Positions 37,388 through 46,367 of a stretch of 64,000 nucleotides of DNA are shown here, in pieces. The notes under the pieces are model-generated. The model had not been told where the DNA came from. It worked only from the letters and a program-made list of their open reading frames with translations, and ran no database searches. A program made the position numbers and the translations under genes. Source of the DNA: a virus; IMG/VR virus record IMGVR_UViG_3300009285_002342, positions 1 to 64,000 of that record. One strand, 5' to 3'. Position 1 is the first letter of the stretch; each line of letters opens with the position of its first letter.

Positions 37388-37660
37388 CTAACTCCTTCCT
37401 AATACGTAATTTAACATCCTCTCTTTTTCTCTTTCGTCTTTAAGGATAATCTCATATCCTAAATCTTCAAAATATTTTTTTACAATCTCTAAATCTGACC
37501 ATTGAAAAAACGAAGTATAAAGAAAACCTTTCGCTCCTTCTATAGATTTTAACAAAGGTTCTACGATAACCGGCATATCTTCTTTAGATCCTACAGGAAG
37601 TTGAACACAAAGATCAAATGGTTTATAAAGACCTCTAATAAAATTAACAGTCTTTTTCAT
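37388..37660 (-). CDS. Hypothetical protein
   Basis: Coupled. Confidence 0.6.
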   Translation of the reverse strand: MKKTVNFIRGLYKPFDLCVQLPVGSKEDMPVIVEPLLKSIEGAKGFLYTSFFQWSDLEIVKKYFEDLGYEIILKDEREKERMLNYVLGRS

Positions 37661-37914
37661 ATTAACCTATCTATAGCGAAAGTTTTTTCGTGTCTTGATT
37701 CTTTTATTTCTTTATCAAGTTGAATTGAATAATCGGTCATTTTCTTTTCTTTCCAAGGATATTGCGATTTTGAATAAGCATAGGCTTTACGTCCATAAAC
37801 ATATCTAGCTGGATAATGAACAAACCCACATTTAGGGCAACCATCTTCAAAGGTTTTCTCATTTTCCTTAAAAATCCATTCACAAGAAGCGCAAACTCGC
37901 AATTTTGCTTTCAT
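37657..37914 (-). CDS. Zinc-ribbon protein
   Basis: CASC and CPKC. Confidence 0.65.
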   Translation of the reverse strand: MKAKLRVCASCEWIFKENEKTFEDGCPKCGFVHYPARYVYGRKAYAYSKSQYPWKEKKMTDYSIQLDKEIKESRHEKTFAIDRLI

Positions 37915-37915
37915 T

Positions 37916-39136
37916 CTACCATGTTACCTCCTTTCCACAAAGCGGACAATAATCACCCATCAATTCATCAAATTTTTTTTGCCCAGTTTTATATTCATTA
38001 TCTGCTTTTGCCATTTCGACGGAAGTTTCATATATTCTTTTTAGAACTTCGGAAATTCCGCTACGAAGTTTTTTCAATTCGGACATTTCGCTTAGTCGTA
38101 CTGCCAACTTTTCAACTTCAGAAGCATATTTCGTAACCACTTCGGTTTTTTGTAATTCAACTTCCGTAGCGTCTATCCCGTCTAAAATTTTCGCTACGGA
38201 ATTCCACCGTTCATTCCCCTTAGCGATTAACGTAGACAGCGTAGTTAAACGATCCGCTTCCGAAGCATACCTAACTATGGATTCCGCTTCCGATAGCTCG
38301 GAAAGGCAAATGCTAACGTTTTTTAATAGTTTGTCTAAATTGTCCGCCTTATTGACGATTTCATCAGCTTCCGTGTTTAGTTTAAATAACCTTTCGGTTT
38401 CGTCGGAATATTTAACAATTTCGGAAGTTTTATTTAACTCATATTCCGTTTCTTCTATTTTTGCTAAAATATCAAAAATCGCAGTTCGTTTTTTTATTCC
38501 TTCTACCTTCTCGTTTTCAATATTTTCTAACTTCGCAATATCTTTTTCTGCATCCTTTAACCAATCATATTCCTTTATTTTTTCTTCGTTCTCTTTTAAC
38601 TCTATTTCGAAACGATTCAGTTCCGCTTTTTCATTTCGAATTTCGGAAGCAGCTATAGAAAGAACTTCGTCAATAATGTCCAAGTGCGCTACGCGATTAA
38701 GATAACGGGCTACTTCGCCGGAATTGTTAGAAATTAGAAAAGCGGGATCTAATTGTTGCTGAAAATTAACTTCTGAAAGATTTAATAGGTCCAAAACTTT
38801 TTGCGGTGGCGAGCCGTTACCGAAATTCCTTAGACGATTCTTTTCCGTGTCTTCTTGTATATAATAATAATCGTCAGTTTTGGTTTTCTTTCCGTAAATA
38901 CGTTTTCTTCCGATTAATAAACCTTCTTTGGTTGCGATTTCTACTTGCGGATTTCCGCCCCACCAGGATCGGTATTCTTCCCCGGTAGGGCGGTTATTGA
39001 AAAGCCATCCTAAAGCCTTAAAGACTGCAGACTTCCCTTGCCCGGTAGCGCCGATTAAAGCGTTCACACCTTCGGATAAAGGAATCACGGTTTCTTTATG
39101 GCCTAGGAAGTTGTATATACAAAATTCAGTAAACAT
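37916..39136 (-). CDS. SbcC/Rad50-like ATPase, N-terminal half
   Basis: NFLGH, Walker A GATGQGKS, Q-loop QQLD, long coiled coil, terminal Zn-hook CPLC. Confidence 0.9.
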   Translation of the reverse strand: MFTEFCIYNFLGHKETVIPLSEGVNALIGATGQGKSAVFKALGWLFNNRPTGEEYRSWWGGNPQVEIATKEGLLIGRKRIYGKKTKTDDYYYIQEDTEKNRLRNFGNGSPPQKVLDLLNLSEVNFQQQLDPAFLISNNSGEVARYLNRVAHLDIIDEVLSIAASEIRNEKAELNRFEIELKENEEKIKEYDWLKDAEKDIAKLENIENEKVEGIKKRTAIFDILAKIEETEYELNKTSEIVKYSDETERLFKLNTEADEIVNKADNLDKLLKNVSICLSELSEAESIVRYASEADRLTTLSTLIAKGNERWNSVAKILDGIDATEVELQKTEVVTKYASEVEKLAVRLSEMSELKKLRSGISEVLKRIYETSVEMAKADNEYKTGQKKFDELMGDYCPLCGKEVTW

Positions 39137-39517
39137 TTACTTAATTTTTCCTAAAAGTTCGATTAGGGCTTGAAGTGCGTAGTATTCAGGATTAAAAACG
39201 GCTTGAAAAGAAACTAGAAAACAAAAAGAAGTAGCAAGGAAAAGAAATCCTAATATCCCTATACCTGCGACATAAAAGGGTTCATGATCTTCTCTAGAAA
39301 TTGAATATCCTTTTCTTTCGAAGTCCCAATATTTCACAGTAAAAATACAAAGCGGAATAAGCAAAATTCCGATAATCAAAGACCATACGAAAGTATAGAT
39401 CGCTGTGACATATTGTTCCCTAATTAACCAGGGCCAAATCTGCTCGCCGGTTGCTCCGATTTTCGCCCCGATTACATCTAATTTTTCCAGAATCATTCCT
39501 ACAGTTTTTTCGTCCAT
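39137..39517 (-). CDS. Membrane protein (2 TM)
   Basis: Two hydrophobic segments; NPEYYAL. Confidence 0.7.
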   Translation of the reverse strand: MDEKTVGMILEKLDVIGAKIGATGEQIWPWLIREQYVTAIYTFVWSLIIGILLIPLCIFTVKYWDFERKGYSISREDHEPFYVAGIGILGFLFLATSFCFLVSFQAVFNPEYYALQALIELLGKIK

Positions 39518-39530
39518 TTCCTTTTTCTCC

Positions 39531-39794
39531 TTAATCTACTCTGATAGTTGAAGCCTTAATAAAATCACCGCAAACCACACCTTCGATATTTTTCCCACTA
39601 GGCCCTACGGCGGTGAAACCTGTACGGAAAACATCATCTTGCCCGCAACCGAAAAACCGAAATCCAGTTATTTTAATATTTGTATAACCAGATTGTTCAA
39701 GAACTCTCTGTGCATTTTCAGGAGATGTACAAGAAACAAAAAACAAGACAAAAAATATAAATAATAATCTTTTCATTATGATAACTCCTTTCAT
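39531..39794 (-). CDS. Lipoprotein
   Basis: Lipobox FVSC; GY..I..TG..FFGC..DD. Confidence 0.7.
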   Translation of the reverse strand: MKGVIIMKRLLFIFFVLFFVSCTSPENAQRVLEQSGYTNIKITGFRFFGCGQDDVFRTGFTAVGPSGKNIEGVVCGDFIKASTIRVD

Positions 39795-40171
39795 ATTTTA
39801 GGTTCTTCTAACCACAAACTAGCCAGATAAGCAATAGCCACCTCTTTATGCTCATGCTTCGGTTCGAAAGACCTAAGAATAGCACCTAAATGCCTAAGTG
39901 CCATCAAACAATCTATCCCTTCTTTTGCCGATGGAATTTCTTCTTCAGATAAACCTTTAAAGAACCATTTTGCAACCCATTTAGCATATGGACTTTGACT
40001 ATTACGATTTCTAAATTCTTTGGGAATTTCTTCATACTCCGGCATTAGATATTTAATGCTACACGGAAAAGCCATAGTCACGTCGTCAATTTCGCTTGGT
40101 TTTTCGAACATTTTAATTTCTCCTTTCGATTTATTGTAAATAACGAATTCTTTTTTCTTCACCGTCAACAA
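39791..40171 (-). CDS. Conserved phage protein (SFEPKHEHK motif)
   Basis: Recognisable motif; start probably at the internal MFEKP. Confidence 0.7.
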   Translation of the reverse strand: MLTVKKKEFVIYNKSKGEIKMFEKPSEIDDVTMAFPCSIKYLMPEYEEIPKEFRNRNSQSPYAKWVAKWFFKGLSEEEIPSAKEGIDCLMALRHLGAILRSFEPKHEHKEVAIAYLASLWLEEPKI

Positions 40172-40394
40172 AAATAAATTTCAAAGTAAGTCCTTCAAAT
40201 TCCCAATTAAAATAGATTGGATAACCAAGGAACGTATACTGATTAAATGTCCCAGAAACAGAAGAACGATAACATAAAACTTGCCCATTAGCGTCTTGAA
40301 GGCGACGAATTTCATTCATCAAACCTTCGGCGCATTCCCAAACTATCTTTGGCTTTTGAGCATAGAAAAAATCAATAATTTTTTCTGATTTCAT
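40131..40394 (-). CDS. Hypothetical protein
   Basis: AAGGAG RBS. Confidence 0.6.
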   Translation of the reverse strand: MKSEKIIDFFYAQKPKIVWECAEGLMNEIRRLQDANGQVLCYRSSVSGTFNQYTFLGYPIYFNWEFEGLTLKFIFVDGEEKRIRYLQ

Positions 40395-40409
40395 TATCGC
40401 AATCTCCTT

Positions 40410-41249
40410 TTACCTAAGATTCATAAAAACTGAAATCTGCCCTAACCAATCGTCAAACTTCTTCAATCCGAATTCACGAAAAATCTTCGTAAACTTTTCC
40501 CTTCTCAGCTCTATCGGATTTAGTTCGAAACGAGGCCAGTCATTTGGAAACGGCAGAGATACTAACGGAAAGTTTCTTTTTACTACCGATAACCATCCGT
40601 CTGCTATTGCTCGAAACTTTGCGCTATCTGCCTTTAATTCACCTTTTATATACTTAATAGCAGTCTTTTCCGCTACGCCGGGTATCCCTTCTACGGTATC
40701 CGAAGAACAACCGGCTATCGCCTTTACCGTAGGCCATGATTCCGGCGCTATCCCCCATTCTTCGTAGAAATCGAAATTAGTATAAAGTTTTTTCTTAGTC
40801 GGTTGATAAATAACAACTTCGTTTGCGAATAGTAATTGATAAAGATCGTTATCGGAAGAAATAATAACGATTTCTTCATAGCCCATTTCCGTTACCCATG
40901 CTATTAAATCATCCGCTTCATATCCTTCCTTCTCGTAAATCCTTCCGTCGAAACCAAGGAAAGGCAATACGGAAGATTTTAACTCTTCGAATTGAGCATA
41001 AATAGAAAGCCAATCTTTCCCGTCGTCCTTCTTTTCCCTTCGCTTATAGTTCGGATAGATTTCCCTACGAAGGGATTTTTTAGAATCCCAGGTAAACACA
41101 AATTCGCAAGGCCCATAATCCTTAGCGAAATTAAAAATCTGGTTAAGGAAACCAAAAACGATTCCGGAAGGTTTACCTTTATAGGTAAGATCGCCGGTAG
41201 TATGAGCTGCGATATAGGCAAGGTTGTTACAATCAACTATTGCTATCAT
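40410..41249 (-). CDS. 5'-3' exonuclease / flap endonuclease (PolA N-domain-like)
   Basis: VDCNN, WDS, YPNYK, EADD, SSDNDLYQL, SD..GIPGVAEKTA. Confidence 0.93.
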   Translation of the reverse strand: MIAIVDCNNLAYIAAHTTGDLTYKGKPSGIVFGFLNQIFNFAKDYGPCEFVFTWDSKKSLRREIYPNYKRREKKDDGKDWLSIYAQFEELKSSVLPFLGFDGRIYEKEGYEADDLIAWVTEMGYEEIVIISSDNDLYQLLFANEVVIYQPTKKKLYTNFDFYEEWGIAPESWPTVKAIAGCSSDTVEGIPGVAEKTAIKYIKGELKADSAKFRAIADGWLSVVKRNFPLVSLPFPNDWPRFELNPIELRREKFTKIFREFGLKKFDDWLGQISVFMNLR

Positions 41250-41494
41250 TCTATCGCTTTCAATTCAAAATCGTATTCTTTGCCTTCGGAATTTTCTATC
41301 GGACCTTCATACACCAATTGAACCTTTTCGGTTACTTCGCCCCAACATATATCTTCTACGCTATCGTTCCATCCATCCGTTTCCGCTAAATCTTCTTCAT
41401 CTTTAAAGGAAGCTATAGCAGCGTTTTTCGCTTCTTCGGCTGTATCGTGAAATCGAAAACCGAATCCTTCCGGATCGTAGCTAAAGTATTTCAT
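41246..41494 (-). CDS. Hypothetical acidic phage protein
   Basis: YFSYDPE..F..H.TAEEA; ICWGEV. Confidence 0.7.
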   Translation of the reverse strand: MKYFSYDPEGFGFRFHDTAEEAKNAAIASFKDEEDLAETDGWNDSVEDICWGEVTEKVQLVYEGPIENSEGKEYDFELKAIE

Positions 41495-41509
41495 ATTTCC
41501 CTCTTCTCC

Positions 41510-41602
41510 GCTTCGTAGAATCGCTTAGGTTAAACAATCTATTCCGTATCCATATCTGACTATGCCTTAAAGAGAAAAACGCCTTAAAAACGATTCTAAA
41601 GC
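41510..41602 (-). repeat. Dispersed TIR element, copy D (inverted)
   Basis: GCTTCGTAGAATCGCTTAGGTTAAAC...CGCCTTAAAAACGATT. Confidence 0.8.
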
Positions 41603-41605
41603 GTT

Positions 41606-41865
41606 GCCGGTCTACCAGATTTTTTCTCAGGCAGACCGGCTTTATTACCTTCAACAAATCTCAAAGTTTTTTAATCTAAACCGATGCAATAGATTATGGG
41701 CTATCGCTCCCTAAAGCTACACAAATCTCCAACGCCCAGGTTCCGAAATTTTCCTAAAGAACGGAGGAGAACGAGGGCATTTAGGCGACGCCCGTATCCG
41801 TCAAAGTTACGGTCCTACGACGAAAAGTTATGGTAGGAAAAGGAGGCAGACGGAATACGGGGAGG
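41606..41865 (-). ncRNA. Candidate structured ncRNA or leader
   Basis: GC-rich multi-hairpin intergenic segment directly downstream of a promoter. Confidence 0.45.
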
Positions 41866-41909
41866 TAAATTAGAATCATTTTATGTTTTCCTGTTTTTTA
41901 TTTTTATAT

Positions 41910-41938
41910 ATTATAACCAAGAAAACAAAATTTTTAAA
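41910..41938 (-). promoter_or_regulatory. Promoter TTTAAA-N17-TATAAT
   Basis: Conserved motif copy. Confidence 0.75.
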
Positions 41939-41956
41939 GAAAATAAATAAAAATTT

Positions 41957-42463
41957 TTAGCGGTTTTTTTTGGAAACAAAATCAAGATATTTCGCGTAAA
42001 GATTGAAAAAAGCGTCTGCATCCATTACAACAACTTCTTTACCTCTACTCCGCTTCATAAACAGAAGCCAATCTGTATCCGGAAGTTGATTTTTCTTCGC
42101 TTGTTCTATCCAAGCAGGTACGGACCAAGATTCCTGACACTTGCACTCCACGGAGAACGGGAACATCTTCTTCGCTATACCGACGAGCTTCACGTCCGTG
42201 CCGCTTTGTCCCATTTCTCGGGACTGCACCAACTCATCTTTACCGCAAGGTATCCCCGTAATTTCGGAAATCTTACGTTCGGCGTAATGTTGTAGATTTC
42301 TGCCTTTCGATTTAGCGGAAGAAACTTGGATTCGAGGTTTAGTCCAGTATTGACACGCCTTCGCTTCTTTACGATTATCATAAGGACAAACTGGAATCGT
42401 CCGTACCTTACAGGTCAATCCTTCTTGATTTTTACAAAATTTTTTCTTCTTTCCCCTTATCAC
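41957..42463 (-). CDS. PD-(D/E)xK Holliday junction resolvase-like nuclease
   Basis: KSKGR, SREMGQSGTDV, FPFSVECK, WIEQA. Confidence 0.8.
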   Translation of the reverse strand: MIRGKKKKFCKNQEGLTCKVRTIPVCPYDNRKEAKACQYWTKPRIQVSSAKSKGRNLQHYAERKISEITGIPCGKDELVQSREMGQSGTDVKLVGIAKKMFPFSVECKCQESWSVPAWIEQAKKNQLPDTDWLLFMKRSRGKEVVVMDADAFFNLYAKYLDFVSKKNR

Positions 42464-42464
42464 T

Positions 42465-42662
42465 TTAATTCACCGTAAAAGGTTTTGGTTCTTTTTTCGC
42501 CAATTCTTCTTCCATCTTCGCCATCATCTTTCTTAACGAAACTAAACTTTGCGCTGCATGTAGAATCGCATAAATTTCATCATCGTTAAAGTCAGTCGAA
42601 GTAAGTTTTTCTAAAACTTCTCCGGCAGCCTTCCCTATTTCTATAAATCGTAGTATTTTCAT
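42465..42662 (-). CDS. Hypothetical protein
   Basis: Coupled, GGAGG RBS. Confidence 0.6.
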   Translation of the reverse strand: MKILRFIEIGKAAGEVLEKLTSTDFNDDEIYAILHAAQSLVSLRKMMAKMEEELAKKEPKPFTVN

Positions 42663-42982
42663 TTAAACCTCCAACACCTTACGCAGTTTTCTTCTTTAAT
42701 GTATCTCGTCGTAAACCGCTTTCCGTTCATTCTATCCGGTCGGCAAGCCTGTAAAATTCTAGCTTGAACCTTACGGCAATCTTCCCCGTTGGTATATATA
42801 GAAAAAGAATTACCAATTTCCATTTCATCGAACGGATAGATGTAAACATGTGGTCTGCCAAATTTCTTATCCGGAATAGGAAATCCGTATTCTATTTTTG
42901 GTTTCTTTGCCATTTTTATTATTCTCTCGCTTTCTTCAATCTTTCCCATGTCTGATTTGTCGGGTTCTTTTCCTCTACCCAT
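42659..42982 (-). CDS. Putative small DNA-binding protein
   Basis: YPFDEMEIGNSF...RFTTR...VRCWR; start probably at MAKKPK. Confidence 0.6.
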   Translation of the reverse strand: MGRGKEPDKSDMGKIEESERIIKMAKKPKIEYGFPIPDKKFGRPHVYIYPFDEMEIGNSFSIYTNGEDCRKVQARILQACRPDRMNGKRFTTRYIKEENCVRCWRFK

Positions 42983-43212
42983 TGCCCATCCCGGAAATCG
43001 ATCTTTCCTGCGTATACTTCCCCGGACTTTTCATAAGAAACGACTTCGCCTGGGCAGTCAGTCGTCAACCCTCCTTCGTAAGATTTACAAACCTTACAGA
43101 TTGTAAGTCCGCCATCACAAACGCTCCCTAAAAGAGGATGCTCTTCAACTTCAATTCCTCTTGCCCTAGCATCGGAAACAATATCTTCGAAAGTCCAATA
43201 TTGATGTTCCAT
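42919..43212 (-). CDS. Hypothetical protein
   Basis: CKVC..EGGLTTDCPG. Confidence 0.6.
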   Translation of the reverse strand: MEHQYWTFEDIVSDARARGIEVEEHPLLGSVCDGGLTICKVCKSYEGGLTTDCPGEVVSYEKSGEVYAGKIDFRDGQWVEEKNPTNQTWERLKKARE

Positions 43213-43217
43213 TTTTG

Positions 43218-44312
43218 TTATTCCTCAAATCTTGGGCTACGGAAAACTTTAGTGTTTTGCTCAATTTCGTTCCAATACGCTTCAACTGTATCCACTAACA
43301 ATTCGTAGATTTCATCGTTTTCATCTGCTTCGGAGATAAGTTCTTCACGAGTAACCCTACGGCCGAAAGTATCTTTAAACGCCTTCTGAATTCTTTCGGC
43401 AGACAAAAAGTCTACCATCCCCCCTATATCGTCTATTCCGTAATCAAAAAGAATATTAAATTCCACTTCACGAAATGGTAAAGCGGTCTTATTTCGTTTA
43501 AATCTCGCTTTAACTTTTACGCCATAAGCCCTGCTTTTTTCCTCGTACTTATTCGAAAGTTTACCGATTTGTGCTAACCAAGGGACTTGATGGGTGTAGA
43601 AGTCTAAAGCCTTTCCGCCACTTCGATAGTATTTCTCTCCGAAAGCCATGGCATCAATTTTTTCCCTTACTTGCGAAATCAAAATCAAAGTAGCGTCTTT
43701 ATCTTGCATTTCTAAGCAAAGTCTTGTAAAAAAAGAAGCGGAAAGAAACTTTGCTTTACCTGTACCATAAGAACCATCTAATGGTTTATCGGTTCTTATG
43801 GACTTTTCTAATCTTTCCTTTCCTTCTTCGGAATCCATAGAGTCAAGACTATCAGCTACGCCTATGAAAAATTCTCCCGGTCTTAAAGCTGAAACACTTC
43901 GTAGAACATCTCTCCCCCATTGTTCCACTGTTTCGCACTTATCGCTCCACTCTACGGCGTCTACGAATTTTTGTTTGTACATCGCCTCTAAAGGGAAATC
44001 CATAACGATTTCCCGATTCCAGTATTTAAATATTCTAGTTTCCGGTTTTTTAAAAATAGTAGATTCAAGAGTAGGATGATAATAGGCTTGCGCTAATGCT
44101 TCGATTGCTGAAAGGCTTTTGCCTGAACTTCCGTCCCCAACGATATTAATAATTCTACCTCTAGCCCAACCTCCATTTCTCGCTTTTTGCGAAGCTGCTA
44201 GATTGAGAAGAATGGAACCAGTGTTAAGAAAATCCACCCTTTCTTTTTCGATTACTGTTTCGGATCTTCTACGGACTTGTTCTGATATTTTTTCTTCGCG
44301 GATAAAACTCAT
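43218..44312 (-). CDS. recA: RecA/UvsX-like recombinase
   Basis: TGS..LN, Walker A GDGSSGKS, DSL, ISQVREKI, SGGKALDFY, KRNK, YGID. Confidence 0.9.
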   Translation of the reverse strand: MSFIREEKISEQVRRRSETVIEKERVDFLNTGSILLNLAASQKARNGGWARGRIINIVGDGSSGKSLSAIEALAQAYYHPTLESTIFKKPETRIFKYWNREIVMDFPLEAMYKQKFVDAVEWSDKCETVEQWGRDVLRSVSALRPGEFFIGVADSLDSMDSEEGKERLEKSIRTDKPLDGSYGTGKAKFLSASFFTRLCLEMQDKDATLILISQVREKIDAMAFGEKYYRSGGKALDFYTHQVPWLAQIGKLSNKYEEKSRAYGVKVKARFKRNKTALPFREVEFNILFDYGIDDIGGMVDFLSAERIQKAFKDTFGRRVTREELISEADENDEIYELLVDTVEAYWNEIEQNTKVFRSPRFEE

Positions 44313-44545
44313 TCTGTTTCTTCCTCCATTATCTCTTTAATAAATTTAACTAGTTTTTCCCTGTCTACACCCCACCTTCCCCCGATCCTCTTCCCCAAAC
44401 CGTATTTTTCGATCCAGGTATAGACGGTCTGTATCGATCTTTCGATTCCGCTTTCTAGAATAAGATCGTGCGCTTCTTGCGGAGTAATATATTTAGATGG
44501 TTCAGGAATTTTCTTTACACTATTTTCTGACTTCAAGATCAACAT
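44309..44545 (-). CDS. Excisionase/MerR-like HTH DNA-binding protein
   Basis: YITPQEA...SIQTVYTWI...KRIGGRW. Confidence 0.7.
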   Translation of the reverse strand: MLILKSENSVKKIPEPSKYITPQEAHDLILESGIERSIQTVYTWIEKYGLGKRIGGRWGVDREKLVKFIKEIMEEETE

Positions 44546-44573
44546 TTTATTTATCCTCTCTGTATTTTTTGAT

Positions 44574-44697
44574 TGGGCAAAGGGCAGGATTGATTACCTG
44601 CACGTTGAGGGTTGAGTATATGGGCTGTTCCGGGCTCCGTTATCTCCTAACTCAACAAGGACCGGCATCCCATGCGTCTAATTCCGCCACCTTGCCC
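44574..44697 (-). ncRNA. tRNA-like RNA with greatly extended anticodon arm
   Basis: Acceptor GGGCAAGG/CTTTGCCC-A; Leu-type D arm TGGCGGAATTAGACGC; T arm GCAGG/CCTGC; ~52 nt central hairpin. Confidence 0.6.
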
Positions 44698-44708
44698 GTA
44701 GAAAGTTG

Positions 44709-44981
44709 TCAAATTAATGCTTGCCGGAGTTGACATACCGATTCTTCGATTCTATCTGCAAAAGTAGATAGAAAACCTGGCAATTCGTTAAGAAACTTTT
44801 CTAACGGAATCGTCGATGTTCCTGCAACTTCAACTCCTTTAACCGCTTCAATCGTAGAACCAACTTTTACCTCTTCCACAAGAGACTGAAGAAGGCAAAT
44901 TCTTCTTTCGAGATTATCTAAAGAATATAAGGCTTCCGATACCTTCGTCTGTTTTTTAACTATTGCTTGCTCTTGTAACAT
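44709..44981 (-). CDS. Hypothetical protein
   Basis: AAGGAG RBS. Confidence 0.6.
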   Translation of the reverse strand: MLQEQAIVKKQTKVSEALYSLDNLERRICLLQSLVEEVKVGSTIEAVKGVEVAGTSTIPLEKFLNELPGFLSTFADRIEESVCQLRQALI

Positions 44982-45102
44982 TTTATAAATCTCCTTTCTT
45001 ATTGATTGAGCCGGGGCACAAACCGGTTCCTAATATCGTAATCGATAAGTGGATAATGTGCGTATTCGGTCGGCAATTTTCTTGCCCACCGGCCCATATA
45101 AG

Positions 45103-45174
45103 TTGTCCCGAATGGATTTGAACCATCGATCTTCGGATTATCGATCCGCTGCTCTACCGCTGAGCTACGGGACA
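45103..45174 (-). tRNA. tRNA-Ile(GAU), with C33
   Basis: TGTCCCG acceptor, TAGCTCAGCGGTAGAGC D arm, loop TC-GAT-AA, GGTTCAAATCC T arm. Confidence 0.85.
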
Positions 45175-45182
45175 ATTTGAAT

Positions 45183-46367
45183 TTACCGCCTTCGAGTCCT
45201 ACCGGAAGAAGTTTCGGTAGTTTTCATTTCTTCCGGTTTCGATCTAATCCGACTTTCCGATTTTACTTCCGAAGTTCCGGTATCCTGCGCCAATTCCCTT
45301 TTTCCTTGCGAAGCCTTTAGGCACGCTTCGTAAACTTTCTGGTTACAAGCCTCATCCTTACAAGCCTGAATCTGGTTACAGTCCTTTCCGAAAGTTCCTC
45401 CTGCCGGGCACTGTCCCCATTCCCCATCTTTATCGAAAGGAGGAGCATCCGGCGGCGGTCCTTCGCTTCTTCCTCGACTTCTTGAAGGCGGCTCTTCAAC
45501 CTTTTCCTTTTCCGATTCGGTAGACCTTCCCCTACTTCGAACTTCGGAAGGTGAAGATTTTCTTTCTTCGGAAACAGGCGCTGCACAAGATGCCGTTTCT
45601 TCTTTTCCGCCGAAATACGCTTCGTGAATATCTTCGTAGGAAGAAATAATCAATGCTGCATCTAAGGATGGAATTTGATCCAGAACGTCTTCTTTATAAG
45701 GATCGCGATTCACAAATTCAATATCGCCGTGCAATTCCTTATAAGTGGCTTTATCGCTACCGGCTACCGCTTCTTCCCGCATCTTAAATTCCAACGTAAA
45801 GCCTTCAGCTAAATCCCAAAAAATCTTCATTTCCTGATAAATCTGTTCTAGAAGATATTTCTCGAAATTCGCATAGGCCATATTCCAAAGCTGAAATCCC
45901 TTTTCCGCATCGTAATAATCGTAGATTATATACGCATTACGCCAGGAAGTCTGTAAGTCGCGAGCTTTCTTTTCGTTAAAATTAGAACCCGGAACCTTCC
46001 GCTTGCCCCACTCCGCAAACATCTCTTCGCAAATCGAATCGTTCGCCCTTCCGAAGGCTTCCCTAGGACAAAGGAACCGCCCTGCGCGGATCTTATGTAC
46101 CGGATACTCAAGTTTATAATCGCGCATCCCTACTTCCAGATTCGTACATTCCCCGGCCCTGGTTCGTAAAGTAGGATACCAGCTTTGCGTCACACGATAG
46201 GGCATAATATCTATCGCATTCTTTTCCCTACCTGTCTTAGGGGTCCATTCCGGAAGATTGATTTTCGAAAGATCCAAAGCTGTTTGCCTACTACCTCCCA
46301 GGTTCCGCGCTTCGCGGTTATCGGCAGCCCTTCTAACCCTATTCTTTAAAGCTTCTTTCCAGTCCAT
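45183..46367 (-). CDS. Putative single-stranded DNA-binding protein (gp32-like)
   Basis: Position among replication genes; CP...ICE core; low-complexity charged tail. Confidence 0.6.
   Translation of the reverse strand: MDWKEALKNRVRRAADNREARNLGGSRQTALDLSKINLPEWTPKTGREKNAIDIMPYRVTQSWYPTLRTRAGECTNLEVGMRDYKLEYPVHKIRAGRFLCPREAFGRANDSICEEMFAEWGKRKVPGSNFNEKKARDLQTSWRNAYIIYDYYDAEKGFQLWNMAYANFEKYLLEQIYQEMKIFWDLAEGFTLEFKMREEAVAGSDKATYKELHGDIEFVNRDPYKEDVLDQIPSLDAALIISSYEDIHEAYFGGKEETASCAAPVSEERKSSPSEVRSRGRSTESEKEKVEEPPSRSRGRSEGPPPDAPPFDKDGEWGQCPAGGTFGKDCNQIQACKDEACNQKVYEACLKASQGKRELAQDTGTSEVKSESRIRSKPEEMKTTETSSGRTRRR

Noticed and set aside
44574-44697. tRNA-Sec serving the UGA gene
   Set aside because: No UCA anticodon loop, and the D arm is Leu-like rather than the long Sec D stem
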